A DNA stretch of 64,000 bases. Source: Treponemataceae bacterium (GTDB lineage: Bacteria; Spirochaetota; Spirochaetia; Treponematales; Rectinemataceae). Under the pieces are notes generated by a model. The model saw only the letters and a program-made list of their open reading frames with translations. It searched no databases and was not told where the DNA came from. Positions within the stretch are counted from its first letter, which is position 1. Each line of letters opens with the position of its first letter. Made by a program: the position numbers and the translations under genes. The stretch covers positions 1,728,001-1,792,000 of the forward strand of contig CAXXVZ010000003.1 of assembly GCA_963678065.2 (NCBI GenBank). The letters run 5' to 3'. Positions 49,626 through 59,841 of this stretch are shown piece after piece.

Positions 49626-50975
49626 ATGCGGAGCGCAGCCGGCAGCGACAGACTCGGCACGGAAAAAATCGGAAAACTGCTCTCGGGACTTGCCATTCCG
49701 GCCATCGCGGGCCTTCTGGTGAACAGCCTGTACAATATCGTCGATACGATCTACGTCGGGCAGGGAGTCGGAGTACTCGCGATCGGCGGTCTCGCCATCG
49801 CTTTCCCCATCCAGATGTTCATCCTGGGGCTTTCCCAGCTCGCGGGCATCGGCGCGGCTTCCTCTGTGTCCCGGCGCCTCGGCGCCGGAGAGACGGAGCA
49901 GGCGGAACGCATCGCCGGCAACGGTCTCTTCCTCGCGGGGGTCATGAGCCTGGCCTTCGCGGCGGCGGGATTGCTCTTCATGGAGCCCCTCCTGCTTCTC
50001 TTCGGAGCGACGGACAACCTCATGGGGTATGCCTCCGAGTACACGAGAATCATACTCCTCGGAGCTGTCTTCAACGCCGTCAGCCTCGCGGCGGCCAATC
50101 TCCTCCAGGCCGAGGGAAGGGCCAAGTCGGCGATGTTCTCCACCGTGATCGGCGCCGTCCTCAACATCGGGCTCGATCCCCTCTTCATCTTCGTGTTCGG
50201 GATGGGTGTCGCCGGGGCGGCCTGGGCGACGATCATCTCCCAGATGGTATCCTTCATCTATGTGACCATACTCCTCGTGAGGAGCAGAAAAGGGCTGAAA
50301 ATCAGCCTCCACCACCTCATCCCCGATATCGCGATCATCCGCGATATCCTCGCCGTCGGATTTTCGGCCTTCCTGCGGTCGATAACGAGCACCGTGTTCT
50401 CGATCGTCGTCAACAACTCGCTCAGGAACTACGGCGGAGATTCGGCCATCACTATTTTCGGCATCGTGAACAGGGTCGTCGGCTTCCTCTTCCTGCCCGC
50501 GCTCGGCGTGGGCCAGGGGCTGCAGCCCGTGGCTGGGTACAACTACGGCGCGGGCAGACGCGGACGCGTCAGGAGCGCCGTCCTCCTCTCGATCGTCGCG
50601 GCGACGACGATCACCAGCATCGGCTGGCTCGCGGCCCAGCTCGCTCCGCAGATCATCATCAGGGCATTCACCTCCGACGCGGACATCATCAGGGAAGGAT
50701 CGCGGGTCCTCAGAATCGTCTTTTTGCTGGCTCCCCTCATCGGAGTGCAGATGGTGGCCGGCTCCCTTTTTCAGTCCCTCGGCAAGGCCGTTCCGGCTCT
50801 CGTCGTCTCCATGCTGAGGCAGTTCATCATTCTGACGCCTCTCATCCTGATTCTTCCGCTGCTGGCCGGACTCGGACTCGAAGGTGTCTGGCTCGCCTTC
50901 CCCTTCGCCGACGGGATCGCCGCCATTATCGTCGTCGTTCTTCTCGCACAGGAACTGCGAAGACTCGGCCGCTGA
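49626..50975 (+). CDS. MATE efflux transporter (MepA-like)
   Basis: LYNIVDTIYVG, NIGLDPLFIF, GVAGAAWAT; multiple hydrophobic segments. Confidence 0.9.
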   Translation: MRSAAGSDRLGTEKIGKLLSGLAIPAIAGLLVNSLYNIVDTIYVGQGVGVLAIGGLAIAFPIQMFILGLSQLAGIGAASSVSRRLGAGETEQAERIAGNGLFLAGVMSLAFAAAGLLFMEPLLLLFGATDNLMGYASEYTRIILLGAVFNAVSLAAANLLQAEGRAKSAMFSTVIGAVLNIGLDPLFIFVFGMGVAGAAWATIISQMVSFIYVTILLVRSRKGLKISLHHLIPDIAIIRDILAVGFSAFLRSITSTVFSIVVNNSLRNYGGDSAITIFGIVNRVVGFLFLPALGVGQGLQPVAGYNYGAGRRGRVRSAVLLSIVAATTITSIGWLAAQLAPQIIIRAFTSDADIIREGSRVLRIVFLLAPLIGVQMVAGSLFQSLGKAVPALVVSMLRQFIILTPLILILPLLAGLGLEGVWLAFPFADGIAAIIVVVLLAQELRRLGR

Positions 50976-51968
50976 CTAGCCCTCGCGCGCCAGGCCGCAA
51001 ACAGCCTCGAAAGAGGCTGCGGGCACCGCTCCGGCGACGGTCCCGGGGTGCCGCAGGATGTCGCACAGATAGTCGCCTTCCGTGAAACCGAGCCGCCGGT
51101 AAATCATCTCCGCGTAGCTGTCGACCGGTTCGAGTGCGAAGAGCCCGATGCCCCGCGCAACGAGTCTCTCCATGGACCGCAGAAGGAGGGTTCTGCACAG
51201 CCCCTGCCGCCTGTACATGGGTATCGTCTGCACGTTCTCGACGAGGGCCTCGCGCCCCGCGATGATGTAAAGCACGGATGCGGCGAGCCTGCCCTCTATC
51301 CTGAGCGCGAAGCACTTCGCCGTGTCCATCCTGACGAGATTCCGGTGCAGGCGACTCTGGTTGCAAAGGAAATCCATGTTCACACCTGGTTTGGGGTCGC
51401 TTTCCTGCGTTTCGATGGCGATCGTGAGAAGTTCCTCCATGCCGGCGTCGTCGAGCTCTTCGGGCAGAAGCTCCGGGCGAGGGACGGACGACGCCCTCCA
51501 CCCCGTGGAGGAAACACGGAAGACCATGGAGCGAGTGAGGTCCAGGTCGTACCCGGCTTCCCGGAAATCCTCGACCGGCCCGGGATTGCCGTCGGGCGTA
51601 TCGACGATGAAGAGCCTGTGGCCGCATTCCGGGCCGAACGCGCCCGCGAAGCGGGATTCCCAGAGCGGAAGCGAGCCGGGCTCGAGCCTGTCGCGCACGA
51701 GGATGTAGTTGCCGAACCAGAAGGTCGGACTCTCGGGAGTCCGGACGACGAGGTAGCCGGGGCACTCCTCTATGGACCCGCGCGCTGCCTGCCGCTGGAG
51801 GGCGAGTCTGTTGCACAAGGTTCTGATGCCGGGAGGCACCGAGGACGCGAAGGTCGCGGGGAAGGAATCCGTCGTAGTGTGCGAGGCCGGCGCCGCGAGA
51901 GGCGCCGCAAGAGACGCCGCGTCCGCCGCCGCGATCCCCGTTCCGGAGAATTCGGGACTGTCCGTCAT
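50976..51968 (-). CDS. GNAT-family acetyltransferase
   Basis: V.T.PMYRRQGL motif A; YRRLGF. Confidence 0.75.
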   Translation of the reverse strand: MTDSPEFSGTGIAAADAASLAAPLAAPASHTTTDSFPATFASSVPPGIRTLCNRLALQRQAARGSIEECPGYLVVRTPESPTFWFGNYILVRDRLEPGSLPLWESRFAGAFGPECGHRLFIVDTPDGNPGPVEDFREAGYDLDLTRSMVFRVSSTGWRASSVPRPELLPEELDDAGMEELLTIAIETQESDPKPGVNMDFLCNQSRLHRNLVRMDTAKCFALRIEGRLAASVLYIIAGREALVENVQTIPMYRRQGLCRTLLLRSMERLVARGIGLFALEPVDSYAEMIYRRLGFTEGDYLCDILRHPGTVAGAVPAASFEAVCGLAREG

Positions 51969-53743
51969 AAGAGTTCGGCGACTCCCACCGTATAGACGCG
52001 ACCGTTCACCTCGACCCGGAAGAGCCTTTCCCGCGATGTCGGTGCGGCCCCGGCGCCGCGAGTCTCCCCCTGGGCGAGTTTCCGGACCAATTCCGCCTCC
52101 TCCTGGACGAGTCTGACCGCCTCTTCCGGGGTCACGGCCTTGAAGGAGACCCTGTCTCCCGGCTTCAGCCTCCCGAGGACGGGCAAGTCGACCGTGCAGA
52201 CATGGGCGATGCGAGGGTAGCCTCCCGTGGTCTGGCGGTCCGCCGCGAGGATGATGGGATTCCCCTGGCCGGGGACCTGGATGGTGCCGCTCAGCACCCC
52301 GGAGGATATGATGTCGGCCCCCCGCGAATGCGCGAGCTCAGGACCTTCGAGCCTGATGCCCATGCGGTCGCTTTTCGCCGAGACCGACCAGGATGAGGAA
52401 AAAAATGTCCGCAGGGTCCCGGCCACGAACCGGTCTTCCTCGTGCGAGACCGACACCCGGATTTCGTAGCTCTCCGAAAAAACGGGCCGGGCGGACTCGG
52501 GTACCGGGCGCGGCCTGGCCGCGGCGGTCCGGGGCCGGATGCCGAGACAGTCTCCGGCCTTGAGCTGTCGCCCGCAAAAGCCCCCGAAGCCGGCCCGCAG
52601 GTAGGTCGAACGGCTTCCCATGACGCTCCCGAGATCGAATCCTCCGGCCACCGCGAGGTAGCTCCGTATGCCCGAGGAAAGAGCGCCGACACAGAGAACC
52701 TCTCCCGGCTTTGCGTGCACGGCTTCGTACATCGGGACCAGCCTCCCCGAGAGTGTCGCGCCGAGTCCTCCCCCGGCGAGAGCGAAATCGGTCTCCGACG
52801 AAAACCGTATTTCGGGGCCGAGGAGGGTCATCTCGAGACTGGCCTCGCCCCGGTCGTTTCCGACCGCGATATTGGCGAGTTCAAGGGAACGCATGTCCAT
52901 GGCCCCCGAAGGAGGAACGCCCGTGGACTGATAGCCGTATCGACCCCGGTCCTGGACTGTCGTCAGCATGCCGGGAGAGAGAATCTCGAGTCGGGCTTGT
53001 CCGGGCGCCGTGGCCTGCGCCGCAGTCGCATTTTCCCGCGCGGCGGCGCCCGGACCGCGATTTTCCGCCTCGGCCAGAGAGCGGAAAGTGGCTTCGTCGA
53101 TGGGGACGAATCGGACAAATTGCCCCGCTCTGAGGAGGGCGGGAGGGGTCCGGTCAGGATCGAAGAGCCGCAGAGGGCTGCGCCCGATTATGTTCCAGCC
53201 GCCGGGACTTGCGAGGGGATAGACTCCCGTCTGGCCCTCGGCGATGCCGACCGAGCCTGCCTCGATCCGTACGCGGGGATCCTTGCGCCGCGGCGTCGCG
53301 ATCCGCTCCGACATGCCTCCGAGATAGGGAAAGCCCGGAGTGAATCCGAGCATGAAGACCCGGTAGCACCCGCCCGAGTGGATGGCGACGACTTCCTCTT
53401 CGGAGATCCCGGCGCGGGACGCGACCTCGGCCAGATCCACGCCGAATTCCCTCCCGTAGCACACCGGAAGTTCCACGATTTCCTGTTCGCCCTCGGCAAC
53501 TCCCTCGAGGGACCCGAGGAGCCTCTCCAGTTTTTCCCTGATCCCGCCCATCCCGGGGAGAAGCGGATCGAAGACAGCGAGGACCGAGCGGTACGCCGGG
53601 ATGAGTTCGCGCAGGCCGGGAAGCCCGGCCGCCCCGATCGCCCTCACGATCGACCGCACGAGCGCGAAATTGTCTTCCGAGATTTTTTCCGGGCCCTCAA
53701 TCATGAAGGCGCTATCGCCGAAGGCATGGACAGTGCAGTTCAC
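51965..53743 (-). CDS. pxpBC: Fused 5-oxoprolinase subunits B and C (KipI-KipA type)
   Basis: LGFTPGFPYLG, SPGGWNIIGR, TTVQDRGR, SDRMG.RL, QTTGGYP. Confidence 0.88.
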   Translation of the reverse strand: MNCTVHAFGDSAFMIEGPEKISEDNFALVRSIVRAIGAAGLPGLRELIPAYRSVLAVFDPLLPGMGGIREKLERLLGSLEGVAEGEQEIVELPVCYGREFGVDLAEVASRAGISEEEVVAIHSGGCYRVFMLGFTPGFPYLGGMSERIATPRRKDPRVRIEAGSVGIAEGQTGVYPLASPGGWNIIGRSPLRLFDPDRTPPALLRAGQFVRFVPIDEATFRSLAEAENRGPGAAARENATAAQATAPGQARLEILSPGMLTTVQDRGRYGYQSTGVPPSGAMDMRSLELANIAVGNDRGEASLEMTLLGPEIRFSSETDFALAGGGLGATLSGRLVPMYEAVHAKPGEVLCVGALSSGIRSYLAVAGGFDLGSVMGSRSTYLRAGFGGFCGRQLKAGDCLGIRPRTAAARPRPVPESARPVFSESYEIRVSVSHEEDRFVAGTLRTFFSSSWSVSAKSDRMGIRLEGPELAHSRGADIISSGVLSGTIQVPGQGNPIILAADRQTTGGYPRIAHVCTVDLPVLGRLKPGDRVSFKAVTPEEAVRLVQEEAELVRKLAQGETRGAGAAPTSRERLFRVEVNGRVYTVGVAELL

Positions 53744-53764
53744 GGCTTTTTCACTCCTGTTCGG

Positions 53765-54535
53765 TTATTCAGCGCCCTGCGGCTTCACGGAGGCGATATC
53801 GATCCTCGCATCCTTCAGGGCCCGCGAAAGGGCGCGGGCAAAGTCGAGCGCCTCGGGGTTGTCGCCGTGCAGGCAGACAGTATCGGCTTCGGCAGGAATC
53901 GTCTTCCCCGATACAGAGAGGACCGTGCCCTCCCTGACCATCCGAAGGACACGCGCGGTGCACTGCCCTTCGTCGTGGATGAGAGCGCCCAGCTCCGAGC
54001 GGGGCACGAGGCTGCCATCGTCGCGGTAACCTCTGTCCGCGAAAAACTCGCGCGCGAAGAAAAGCCCGTACTCTCCTGCGGCCTTCTCGAGCTCGGAACG
54101 GGGAAGCCCGACGAGGACAAGCTCCGGATCGAAGGCGGCCACGGCCCTGGCGATAGCCTTCGCCACGACGGGTGAGCGGACCGCGTCGTTGTACAGGGCT
54201 CCGTGCGCCTTCACGTGCCGCAGCCTCGAGCGCGCGACCTGCGCGAAGGCCTGCAGGGCGCCGATCTGGCAGAGCACGGCGCCGTAGACCTCGCCCTCCG
54301 ACATGGCCATGCTCCTGCGTCCGAAGCCCTGGATGTCCGGATAGCCCGGATGGGCGCCGAGGGCCAAACCCGCCCCGAGGGCGAGCCCTATGGTCTTCTC
54401 CATGACGGAGGGATCTCCCGCGTGCCAGCCGCAGGCGATGTTGGCCGAACTGATGAAGGGGAAGAGTTCCTTGTCGGCGCCGATGGTCCAGGCCCCGAAG
54501 CTCTCTCCCACATCGGCGTTGAGATCGATGGTCAC
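53765..54535 (-). CDS. pxpA: 5-oxoprolinase subunit A (LamB/YcsF)
   Basis: DLNADVGES, ANIACG.HAGD, HVK.HGALYN, CLHGD. Confidence 0.92.
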   Translation of the reverse strand: MTIDLNADVGESFGAWTIGADKELFPFISSANIACGWHAGDPSVMEKTIGLALGAGLALGAHPGYPDIQGFGRRSMAMSEGEVYGAVLCQIGALQAFAQVARSRLRHVKAHGALYNDAVRSPVVAKAIARAVAAFDPELVLVGLPRSELEKAAGEYGLFFAREFFADRGYRDDGSLVPRSELGALIHDEGQCTARVLRMVREGTVLSVSGKTIPAEADTVCLHGDNPEALDFARALSRALKDARIDIASVKPQGAE

Positions 54536-55461
54536 GATAGCGCCTCCCGGTATGCCGCGTGTACGCCGCGTATGACTTCCAGATACGTTTCGAGGGAAAG
54601 TCCGTCTACGGTCAGACCGCGGGTCTTCGTCGCCCCGTCGACCGCGCCGAGTCCCACGATCCGTCCGAGGACCTCGGCCTCCATGGCAGCATCCCTGAGC
54701 CCGTCCGCCGCCCCAACGCCGCGACCTTCCGCATTTTCCCGGGCGCCGGCGGCGAGCAGCGTCGCGGCCGCGAGGGCCCAGCCGCCCCAGTTCGAAACTC
54801 CGGCGACGATGGGAAAATCGGCGCCGCGCGCCGCGAATATCCGTTCGCCGTGCTCGACTCCCGCCCGCAAAGAGAAAGGCAGGGAACCCATGCCGAGTTC
54901 GTTTCCGCCGTCGCCCACCGCCACAGTAGTCCAGGGGAGGGTCATGCCGGCCGCCCCGGAGCCGAACAGCAGGTCGAGTCCAGGCACGAGGTCGTCCAGG
55001 CTCTCCCCGCGCATGGAATAGCGCGTGCCGTCAGCCGCGGAGCCCGGTCTCTCGATGGCGATGATGTGGGTCGGCCGGAATTCCGCGACCAGACGCAAAA
55101 GGAAGGCATCGGCCTCATCCTGCCCGAGGGGAACCTCGAAGACAGGAAGGGCCCTCCCGTAGACCTCGCAGGCGGAGCGCACGAGCGCCACGGAGTGGCG
55201 GTCGGTGACGATGCCGACCTCCGCGCCGAGGCCGGTCAGAACATCGGCCAGGATGGCCGCGCCTGGCGGCCCGTCCGTCTCGCCGATCATGAACGCGCGC
55301 ACGCAGAAGCCCGTGGCGATGAGAACTCTTTCGGCTCCGGCGAGGCTCTCGGCAGCAGCCTGCAGGGGATTCGGGCCGGCCTTCGAGGCCAATCCCCGCC
55401 CCCCGAAATCCTGGCGGATGAGACTATCCATCCTGCCGATGGCCGCGCTGGAACTCACCAT
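54532..55461 (-). CDS. DUF4392 / glutamate cyclase-domain protein
   Basis: [32 protein letters not shown]. Confidence 0.8.
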   Translation of the reverse strand: MVSSSAAIGRMDSLIRQDFGGRGLASKAGPNPLQAAAESLAGAERVLIATGFCVRAFMIGETDGPPGAAILADVLTGLGAEVGIVTDRHSVALVRSACEVYGRALPVFEVPLGQDEADAFLLRLVAEFRPTHIIAIERPGSAADGTRYSMRGESLDDLVPGLDLLFGSGAAGMTLPWTTVAVGDGGNELGMGSLPFSLRAGVEHGERIFAARGADFPIVAGVSNWGGWALAAATLLAAGARENAEGRGVGAADGLRDAAMEAEVLGRIVGLGAVDGATKTRGLTVDGLSLETYLEVIRGVHAAYREALS

Positions 55462-56240
55462 GTGATGAGCTCCTCCTCCCTGATGTCCGTGATGAACATG
55501 TAGCCTGGCGCGTGGGTGATGGCGAGTTCGGGGCGGGCATTCCTCAGCGCCATCTGCGGAGTGACACCGCAGGCCCAGAAGACCGGGATCTCCCCGGGGC
55601 GGATTACGGGCGGATCACCGAAATCGACCGCGTCGATATCCTTTATGCCGATGGCGGCAGGGTCGCCCGCGTGGACTGGAGCCCCGTGCGCCTTGCGGTA
55701 GGGCGCGGTGAGTTTCGAGGCAGCCTCGACCAGTTCGGCCGGGATCGGCCGCATGCTCACGACCATGGGGCCGGAAAAAATTCCCGCGGGTCTACAGGCT
55801 ATATTCGTGACATACATGGGAACGTTGCGGCCCAGCTCGATGTGGCGCACGGGGATGCCGCGTTTCAGAAGCTGTGCCTCGAAGGTGAAGCTGCACCCGA
55901 GAAGGAAGGTCACCATGTCCTGCGTGAAATACTCGCGGATGTCGTCCACTTCGGCGACGAGCTCTCCGCGGCGGTGGATGCGGTATCTGGGCACATGTAT
56001 CCGTATGTCGGAATCGGGCCCCGCGATGGGCGGAGCGACGACGCCCGGATCGCAGACGTCGATGACGGGACAGGGCCTCTCGTTCCTCTGACAGAACAGA
56101 AGGAAGTCGAAAGCGTCCCGCTTGGGCAGGATTACGACATTGGCCTGAGTATATCCGGGGGCGAGTCCCGAAGTCGGCTTGCGCCAGCGTCCTTCGGCTA
56201 TCTCCCGCCGTATCTCGCTTATTGACGGATCACGCATCAC
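55455..56240 (-). CDS. DUF1445 putative hydro-lyase (YcsI / D-glutamate cyclase family)
   Basis: [34 protein letters not shown]. Confidence 0.88.
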   Translation of the reverse strand: MMRDPSISEIRREIAEGRWRKPTSGLAPGYTQANVVILPKRDAFDFLLFCQRNERPCPVIDVCDPGVVAPPIAGPDSDIRIHVPRYRIHRRGELVAEVDDIREYFTQDMVTFLLGCSFTFEAQLLKRGIPVRHIELGRNVPMYVTNIACRPAGIFSGPMVVSMRPIPAELVEAASKLTAPYRKAHGAPVHAGDPAAIGIKDIDAVDFGDPPVIRPGEIPVFWACGVTPQMALRNARPELAITHAPGYMFITDIREEELITW

Positions 56241-56935
56241 TCACCTCTGCGGCCGAGCGTCTTCGTCAGCCACACGGTGATTCTATCACGGAAGAGGAGC
56301 CCCGTGCCAAAGCAAAGCGCCGCGACCGCGAAGACGACGAGCGAGACTCCTATTTTCCCCTTGTAGGCGGAACTGCCGATGAAGGAGGAGCCGATGATGC
56401 CAGGCAGCCTCCCCACCATCGAGGCGACGAGAAAAAGCGCGGGCGAAAAGCGCGACATGCCGGCCACGTAGCACAGAGCATCCTTCGGTATCCCCGGGAT
56501 CGCGAAGAGGAGGAAATAGCCCATCAAGGCCTTCCGGTCGTTCACGACCCTTTCGATGCCCTCGAGACGCTCCGCGGAAAAGAGGGCCTGGACAAACGGG
56601 CGGCCGAGAGCGCGACCGACCGCATAGTTGAACATCGAACCGGCGGCTATTCCCGCGAAGCTCAGTATGAGTCCCTCGCCGAATCCGAAGACGAAACCGC
56701 CGGCGACCTGGGCGATTTCGCCCGGCAGGATAAAGATGACGACCTGAAGGATCTGCAGGAGCACGAAGGCTCCCGCGCCGAGAACTCCTTTTCCGTCAAT
56801 CCAGGCCCGCATGACTTCCCTGTCCTTGAAAAGGGGAAGAAGCCTGTCTCCGAAGAGGAGGAGGACCCCCGCCACGAGGAGGAAGAAAAGCGGAAAGGCG
56901 ACGAGGGCCAGAGGAGATGCGCGTTTATTTTCCAT
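56237..56935 (-). CDS. TVP38/TMEM64 (DedA-like) membrane protein
   Basis: LQVV...PGE, PG.PKD..CY.AG, GRLPG. Confidence 0.8.
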   Translation of the reverse strand: MENKRASPLALVAFPLFFLLVAGVLLLFGDRLLPLFKDREVMRAWIDGKGVLGAGAFVLLQILQVVIFILPGEIAQVAGGFVFGFGEGLILSFAGIAAGSMFNYAVGRALGRPFVQALFSAERLEGIERVVNDRKALMGYFLLFAIPGIPKDALCYVAGMSRFSPALFLVASMVGRLPGIIGSSFIGSSAYKGKIGVSLVVFAVAALCFGTGLLFRDRITVWLTKTLGRRGE

Positions 56936-57047
56936 GAAGACAAATCTAGACGGCCCCGCGTGCATCCGGCAAGTCCGCGCCGCCCGAGCCGATGCCGGAT
57001 GCGCCCGCCTTTTTCCCTCAAGCCCGTGCAAGGGCTCTCCGCTCGCT

Positions 57048-57076
57048 TTGACTAAGGGTGGATTTTCTGGTATAGT
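57048..57076 (+). promoter_or_regulatory. Sigma70-type promoter of carD
   Basis: TTGACT-17-TATAGT with TG extension. Confidence 0.7.
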
Positions 57077-57084
57077 CTACCGAT

Positions 57085-57585
57085 ATGGAAACCGCCGCCA
57101 CTTTCGAGTTCGCCGTAGACCAGCGCATCGTGTATCCCAGCCAGGGCGTAGGCAAGATTCTGGAAATCCGACAGAAGTCTTTCAAGGATTCCACGATCTA
57201 CTACTACACAATCTATCTGGACTTTTCCGATATGACCATCATGGTCCCCGTCGAGAAGGCGAAGGAACTCGGCATCCGGGCCATCGTGGACGAAACGCAG
57301 GCGAAGAAAGCCCTGTCCTACATCTCCGAGGAATACGCGCCGATTCCGACCGACTGGAAGCTGCGCTACCAGATGAACCTCGACCTACTCAAGAAGGGTT
57401 CCGTCCTCGACATCGCGTCGGTGGTGCGCTCCCTCTACCACCGTTCCAAGATCAAGGAACTCCCCATACTGGAGCGCAAGCTCTACGACTCGGCCTTGAA
57501 TCTCCTCCAGGACGAGATTTCCTTCTCCCTCGGGAAATCGAAGGACGAGATCGCCGAGCTGATCCGCGCGCGCCTCGAGAGCTGA
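57085..57585 (+). CDS. carD: CarD-family transcription factor
   Basis: IVYPSQGVG.I, IMVP...LGIR, DWKLRY. Confidence 0.9.
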   Translation: METAATFEFAVDQRIVYPSQGVGKILEIRQKSFKDSTIYYYTIYLDFSDMTIMVPVEKAKELGIRAIVDETQAKKALSYISEEYAPIPTDWKLRYQMNLDLLKKGSVLDIASVVRSLYHRSKIKELPILERKLYDSALNLLQDEISFSLGKSKDEIAELIRARLES

Positions 57586-57591
57586 TCCCGC

Positions 57592-58920
57592 ATGGCCGCC
57601 ACGGAAGCGGAAACCGGAATCCCGGACGGAACCGGAAGCTGGCGGTTCCGCGTCGCCGTCCTCGTCACCGCGGCGGGCTCCAGCGCGCGCTTCGGTTCCG
57701 GGAAAAAAGAGCTCGCCCTCATCGGACATCATTCCGTCCTCGACAGAGCCCTCTTTCCCTTCTGCTCCCTGCCAGGACTCTGCGCCATCGCCATCACGGC
57801 CCCTGCGGGCCGGATCGACGAATTGCGCGCCTGTCTCGACCCCGACACGGTAAACGCCATCGGCGACATACCTTTTGCCTTCGTGGAGGGTGGTGCCACC
57901 CGACGGGACTCCGTCCTGCGCGGCCTCGAGGCCCTCGAGGTGCAGCTTCGCGGCTCCGACCACGGGACGGATGAGGTCGTCGTCCTCGTCCACGACGGGG
58001 CGCGTCCCTGGGCCAGCCGGGAAATCGCCCTCAAAGTCGCCGAAGTCGCCGCGCGCTCGGGCGCCTGCATTCCCGTCATACCGCTCTCGGACACGCCGAA
58101 GGAAATTTCCCCCGGAGGTCTCATTCTCAGCCATCCCCGGCGCGCGAGCCTCGGCGGGGCGCAGACACCCCAGGGCTTCTTCCTCGCGCCTCTTCTTGCC
58201 GTCCACCGGCAAGCCCTGGCCGAAAATGTCGACTGCACGGACGACGCCGAGCTCTGGTCCCGCTACCGGGGGCCCGTCTCCTGGGTCGAGGGGGAGGTCG
58301 GCAACCGAAAGGTCACCTACAGGGAGGATATTCCCGTGACAGAACCGAAAGACGCCGGGCCGCCCGGCCGCGGTGATGCCGCAGCCCCCGCGACCGCCCG
58401 CGACGACAGGAGTGGCGGGTCAGGGTCAGTCGCGACTGACCTGCGCATCGGCGAGGGCTGGGACCTCCACAGGCTCGTCCCCGGAAGGAAACTCGTCATC
58501 GGCTCCGTCACGCTCGAGAGTCCTCTCGGGGAAGACGCCCACTCGGATGGGGACGTGCTCTGGCACGCCGTCACCGACGCCCTCATCGGCGCCTGCGCCC
58601 TCGGGGACATCGGCGCGCACTTCCCGCCCGAGGACATGCGCTGGAAGGACGCGGACTCCGCCGTCCTCGCAGCGGCCATCGTCGACCTCGTCAGGAAGGA
58701 AGGGTACCGCCCCGTCAACCTCGATTGCACGGTCGTCCTGGAATCCCCGAAGATCGGTCCTCACCGCGACCTCATCCGCGCCAATCTCGCGCGGGTACTC
58801 GGCATGGAGCCGGGCCGTGTCTCGGTCAAGGCCAAGACCCATGAAAAGGTCGACGCCGTGGGCGAGCTCAGGGCCATAGAAGCCCGCGCCATCGTGCTCG
58901 TGGAGAGAACCAGGTTCTGA
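57592..58920 (+). CDS. ispDF: Bifunctional IspD/IspF
   Basis: AAG.S.RF..GKK, VHDGARP, QTPQGF; G.GWDLH, HSDGDV..HA, GDIG.HFP. Confidence 0.92.
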   Translation: MAATEAETGIPDGTGSWRFRVAVLVTAAGSSARFGSGKKELALIGHHSVLDRALFPFCSLPGLCAIAITAPAGRIDELRACLDPDTVNAIGDIPFAFVEGGATRRDSVLRGLEALEVQLRGSDHGTDEVVVLVHDGARPWASREIALKVAEVAARSGACIPVIPLSDTPKEISPGGLILSHPRRASLGGAQTPQGFFLAPLLAVHRQALAENVDCTDDAELWSRYRGPVSWVEGEVGNRKVTYREDIPVTEPKDAGPPGRGDAAAPATARDDRSGGSGSVATDLRIGEGWDLHRLVPGRKLVIGSVTLESPLGEDAHSDGDVLWHAVTDALIGACALGDIGAHFPPEDMRWKDADSAVLAAAIVDLVRKEGYRPVNLDCTVVLESPKIGPHRDLIRANLARVLGMEPGRVSVKAKTHEKVDAVGELRAIEARAIVLVERTRF

Positions 58921-58933
58921 GCGGCTGGCGACT

Positions 58934-59818
58934 TTAGTCCCGCAGGACGACCGGCCGGGCCATGAAGAATACGGCGGCCGCGATGGCGGCGAAGGCCAGG
59001 GCCTGGAGCGGCGCGAAGGGCGTCGAGAAGACGGCGTAGGACGCGACCGCGGGCCAGAGCACCTGCATCCCGTAGAAGGCCGGCGCGACCTGGCCGAGAC
59101 TGCCGGCGCCGTAGGCCTTCTGGGAAAATACGAAGGCGCTCACCCCCGCCGCGATGTAGAGCCAGAGCCAGGGCGCAAAAAACCAGGAAGCCAGCGTGCC
59201 GGGTCCCGACTGAATCACGCGCATCGGAAGGACCATGAATCCGCCGAGGGCTCCGGCCGCGGCCCCCATGCCCGAGGCGAAAAAAGCCTTGAACCGAGGC
59301 CTCGACCCCAACCCCGCCACCACGATGGCCAGGGCGAATGGAATGATGAAGGCGACGATGACGGCCGCCGCAGAAAACGGAGCGGCCACGCTTGCCGCGG
59401 AAGACGATGATCCCGCAGCGGCAGCATCCGCGGTGCCTGGAGACCCCGTGAGTCCGGCGAGAGCGATGGCTCCGAAGAGGGCCAGGGTCCACCTTATCCG
59501 CGAACGCGTGAGCTTTTCCCCGAGGAGAGGCACGGAGAACAGCGCGGTGAAGGCGACACTCGATCCCGCCGCGGAGGCCGCCACGTTTGCGGAAAGACCG
59601 AAGAGGGAAACGAAAAGGAAGATCGGCTGCAGGTTCATGAGAACGAATCCGGCCATCCACATGGCGACATCGCGTCGGAAAACGGGCGCAACCCTGCCCT
59701 CCGGAGTCTTCCGGGCGTAGAGCCAGGCCACATGTTTTTTCTGCAGCACCATCCCGAGTGAGAGACAGGCATTGCCCGCGAGGGCGATAGGCATCGCGAT
59801 AAGTGGAGAAAGCGTCAC
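58934..59818 (-). CDS. DMT-superfamily (NIPA-like) membrane protein
   Basis: Many hydrophobic segments; G.VLQK; LLGEKL. Confidence 0.6.
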   Translation of the reverse strand: MTLSPLIAMPIALAGNACLSLGMVLQKKHVAWLYARKTPEGRVAPVFRRDVAMWMAGFVLMNLQPIFLFVSLFGLSANVAASAAGSSVAFTALFSVPLLGEKLTRSRIRWTLALFGAIALAGLTGSPGTADAAAAGSSSSAASVAAPFSAAAVIVAFIIPFALAIVVAGLGSRPRFKAFFASGMGAAAGALGGFMVLPMRVIQSGPGTLASWFFAPWLWLYIAAGVSAFVFSQKAYGAGSLGQVAPAFYGMQVLWPAVASYAVFSTPFAPLQALAFAAIAAAVFFMARPVVLRD

Positions 59819-59841
59819 GGAAACCTCGCTCTAGTGTGCGT

